Below are positions 61,150 through 64,000 of a stretch of DNA of 64,000 nucleotides, piece after piece. The notes under the pieces are model-generated. The model did not search any database, had not been told where the DNA came from, and worked only from the letters and a program-made list of their open reading frames with translations. The stretch comes from Eledone cirrhosa (taxonomy: Eukaryota): NCBI GenBank assembly GCA_964016885.1, contig OZ024744.1, positions 127,534,001 to 127,598,000 of the forward strand, written 5' to 3'. How positions within the stretch are numbered: the stretch's first letter is position 1; each line of letters begins with the position of its first letter. Made by a program: the position numbers and the translations under genes.

Positions 61150-64000
61150 GTTGGGGTTAAGTTAAGTTGGGTTTAAGTTAAGTTGGGGCTAAGTTTAGTT
61201 GGGGTTAAGTTAAGTTGGGGGTAAGTTAAGTTGGGGTTGAGTTAAGTTGGGGTTAACTTAAGTTGGGGTTAAGTTGGGGTTAAGTTAAGTTGGGGTTAAA
61301 TTAAGTTGGGGGTTAGTTAAGTTGGGGCAAGTTAAGTTGGGGTTAATTTAAGTTGGGGTTAAGTTAAGTTGGGGTTATGTTAAGTTGGGGTTAAGTTAAG
61401 TTGGGGTTAAGTTAAGTTGGGGGTAAATTAAGTTGGGGTTAAGTTAAGTTGGGGGTAAGTTAAGTTGAGGGTAAGTTAAGTTGGGGTTAAGTTAAGTTGG
61501 GGTTAAATTAAGTTGGGGGTAAGTTAAGTTGGGGGTAAGTTAAGTTGGGGTTAAGTTAAGTTGGGGTTAAATTAAGTTGAGGTTAAGTTAAGTTGGGGTT
61601 AAGTTAAGTTGGGGTTAAGTTAAGTTGGGGGTAAGATAAGTTGGGGCTAAGTTAAGTTGGGGCTAAGTCAAGTTGGGGTTAAGTCAAGTTGAGGTTAACT
61701 TAAGTTGGGGTTAAGTTAAGTTGGGGTTAAGTTAAGTTGGGGTTAAGTTAAGTTGGGGTTAAGGTAAGTTGGGTTTATGTTAAGTTGGGGCTAAGTTAAG
61801 TTGGGGCTAAGTTAAGTTGGGGCTGAGTTAAGTTGGGGTTAAGTTAAGTTGGGGTTAAGTTAAGTTGGGGTTAAGTTAAGCTGGGGTTAAGTTGGGGTAA
61901 GTTAAGTTGGGGGTAAGTTAAGTTGGGGTTAAGTTAAGTTGGGGTTAAGTTAAGTTGGGGTTAAGTTAAGTTGGGGTTAAGTTAAGTTGGGGTTGAGTTA
62001 AGTTGGGGTTGAGTTAAGTTGGGGTTAAGTTAAGTTGGGGTTAAGTTAAGTTGGGGTTAAGTTAAGTTGGGGGTAAGTTAAGTTGGGGGCAAGTTAAGTT
62101 GGGGTTAAGTTAAGTTGGGGTTAAGTTAAGTTGGGGTTAAGTTAAGTTGGGGTTAAGTTAAGTTGGGGTTAAATTAAGTTGGGGTTAAGTTAAGTTGGGG
62201 TTAAGTTAAGTTGGGGTTAAATTAAGTTGGGGTTCAGTTAAGTTGGGGTTAAATTAAGTTGGGGTTAAGTTAAGTTGGGGTTAGTTAAGTTGGGGTTAAG
62301 TTAAGTTGGGGTTAATTTCAGTTGGGGTTATGTTAAGTTGGGGTTAAGTTAAGTTGGGGTTAAGTTAAAGTTGGGGTTAAGTTAAGTTGGGGTAAAGTTA
62401 AGTTAGGGTTAAGTTAAGTTGGGGTTAAGTTAAGTTGGGGTTAAATTAAGTTGGGGTTAAGTTAAGTTGGGGTTAAGTTAAGTTGGGGTTAAATTAAGTT
62501 GGGGTTCAGTTAAGTTGGGGTTAAATTAAGTTGGGGTTAAGTTAAGTTGGGGTTAGTTAAGTTGGGGTTAAGTTAAGTTGGGGTTAAGTTAAGTTGGGGT
62601 TAAGTTAAGTTGGGGTTAAGTTAAGTTGGCGTTAAGTTAAGTTGGGGTTAAGTTAAGTTGGGGTCAAATTAAGTTAGGGTTAAGTTAAGTTGGGGTTAAT
62701 TTAAGTTGGGGTTAAGTTAAGTTGGGGTTAAGTTAAGTTGGAGTTAAGTCAAGTTGGGGTTAAGTCAAGTTGGGGTTAAGTCAAGTTGGGGTTAAGTCAA
62801 GTTGGGGTTAAGTTAAGTTGGGGTTAAGTTAAGTTGGGGTTAAGTTAAGTTGGGGGTAAGTTAAGTTGGGTGTAAGTTAAGTTGGGGTTAAGTTAAATTG
62901 GGGTTCAGTTCAGTTGGGGTTAAGTGAAGTTGGGGTTAAGTTAAGATGGGGGTAAGTTAAGTTGGGGTTAAGTTAAGTTGGGGTTAAGTTAAGTTGGGGT
63001 TAAGTTAAGTTGGGGTTAAGTTAAGTTGGAGTTAAGTTAAGTTGGAGTTAAGTTAAGTTGGGGTTAAGCTAAGTTGGGGTTCAGTTAAGTTGGGGTTAAG
63101 TTAATTTGGGGCTGAGTTAAGTTGGGGTTAAGTTAAGTTCGGGTTGAGTTAAGTTGGGGTTAAGTTAAGTTGGGGTTAAGTTAAGTTGGGGTTAAGTTAA
63201 GTTGGGGTTAAGATAAGTTGGGGTTAAGTTAAGTTGGGGTTAATTTAAGTTGGGGTTAAGTTGGGCTTAATTTAAGTTGGGGTTAAGTTGGGGGTAAGTT
63301 AAGTTGGGGCAAGTTAAGTTGGGGTTAATTTAAGTTGGGGTTAATTTAAGTTGGGGTTAAGTTAAGTTGGGGTTATGTTAAGTTGGGGTTAAGTTAAGTT
63401 GGGGTTAAGTTAAGTTGGGGGTAACTTAAGTTGGGGTTAAGTTAAGTTGAGGGTAAGTTAAGTTGAAGGTAAGTTAAGTTGAGGTTAAGTTAAGTTGGGG
63501 TTAAGTTAAGTTGGGGGTAAGTTAAGTTGGGTGTAAGTTAAGTTGGGGTTAAGTTAAGTTGGGGTTAAATTAAGTTGAGGTTAAGTTAATTTGGGATTAA
63601 GTTAAGTTGGGGTTAAGTTAAGTTGGGGGTAAGATAAGTTGGGGCTAAGTTAAGTTGGGGCTAAGTCAAGTTGGGGTTAAGTCAAGTTGAGGTTAACTTA
63701 AGTTGGGGTTAAGTTAAGTTGGGGCTAAGTTAAGTTGGGGTTAAGGTAAGTTGGGGTTATGTTAAGTTGGGGCTAAGTTAAGTTGGGGCTAAGTTAAGTT
63801 GGGGCTGAGTTAAGTTGGGGTTAAGTTAAGTTGGGGTTGAGTTAAGTTGGGGTTAAGTTAAGTTGGGGTTAATTTAAGTTGGGGTTAAGTTAAGTTGGGG
63901 TTAAGATAAGTTGGGGTTAAGTTAAGTTGGGGTTACGTTAAGTTGGGGTTGAGTTAATTTGGGGTTAAGTTAAGTTGGGGTTAACTTAAGTTGGGGTTAA
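61150..64000 (+). repeat. Further copy of the block at about 55140-57960 (offset about 6,037 bp), truncated by the window end
   Basis: ggtcaaattaagttaggg C at 56628/62665 (+6,037). ttacgtt C at 57900/63936 (+6,036). Confidence 0.82.

Larger units (their letters stand above)
1..64000 (+). repeat. 16-bp tandem repeat (satellite / telomere-like) array, consensus TTAAGTTAAGTTGGGG, about 4,000 monomers, running off both window edges
   Basis: Every line consists of TTAAGTTAAGTTGGGG or a 1-2 nt variant of it, in a single orientation. Consensus composition is T6 A4 G6 C0. No intervening unique DNA was seen. Confidence 0.99.

Noticed and set aside
1-64000. Protein-coding ORFs on either strand
   Set aside because: TTAA is palindromic and the 16-bp period cycles through all frames, so consensus sequence gives TAA stops in every frame within each 48 bp on both strands. 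The variants are too sparse to open a meaningful ORF.
1-64000. CRISPR array
   Set aside because: Repeats are directly adjacent with no unique spacers, the unit is only 16 bp, and there is no leader or cas gene.
1-64000. A single regular higher-order repeat period, or a deliberate code in the variant order
   Set aside because: Offsets differ by region (about 1-29 kb) and are explained by nested duplication. There is no constant period and no evidence of encoded function.
1-64000. Pure sequencing-error noise as the source of variants
   Set aside because: The same rare variants recur in the same order at fixed kilobase offsets, which random errors would not produce. Only singletons remain suspect.
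1-64000. Promoters, terminators, tRNA/rRNA/ncRNA genes
   Set aside because: There is no non-repetitive sequence, and the near absence of C on the + strand precludes stable GC stems. AT-rich motif matches would be incidental to the repeat.

Overview
The whole 64-kb window is one uninterrupted, single-orientation tandem array of a 16-bp G-rich, C-free monomer, consensus TTAAGTTAAGTTGGGG (= (TTAAG)2 + TTGGGG; minus strand CCCCAACTTAACTTAA). There are about 4,000 copies (64,000/16). I see no unique sequence, gene, RNA gene, transposon insertion, inversion or CRISPR spacer. The information lies in the variant monomers (point substitutions and 11-, 15-, 17- and 18-bp length variants), which act as barcodes. 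Tracking them by eye reveals nested kilobase-scale block duplications with offsets of about 981, 2,345-2,377, 3,066, 3,168/3,376, 3,780/3,796, 4,639, 5,606, 6,037, 8,210, 9,810 and 29,457 bp. It also reveals monomer-level slippage and two short templated, gene-conversion-like patches. The motif looks telomeric (extreme G/T strand bias; contains TTGGGG; its 11-bp variant TTAAGTTGGGG is one base from the bee telomere motif TTAGGTTGGGG). However, faithful copying of variants over kilobases points to recombination- or replication-based amplification rather than telomerase synthesis. It is therefore either a telomere-like satellite or a recombination-maintained telomeric/subtelomeric array. Organism and chromosomal position cannot be determined from this window. 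All offsets were read manually from marker positions, and block boundaries are approximate.
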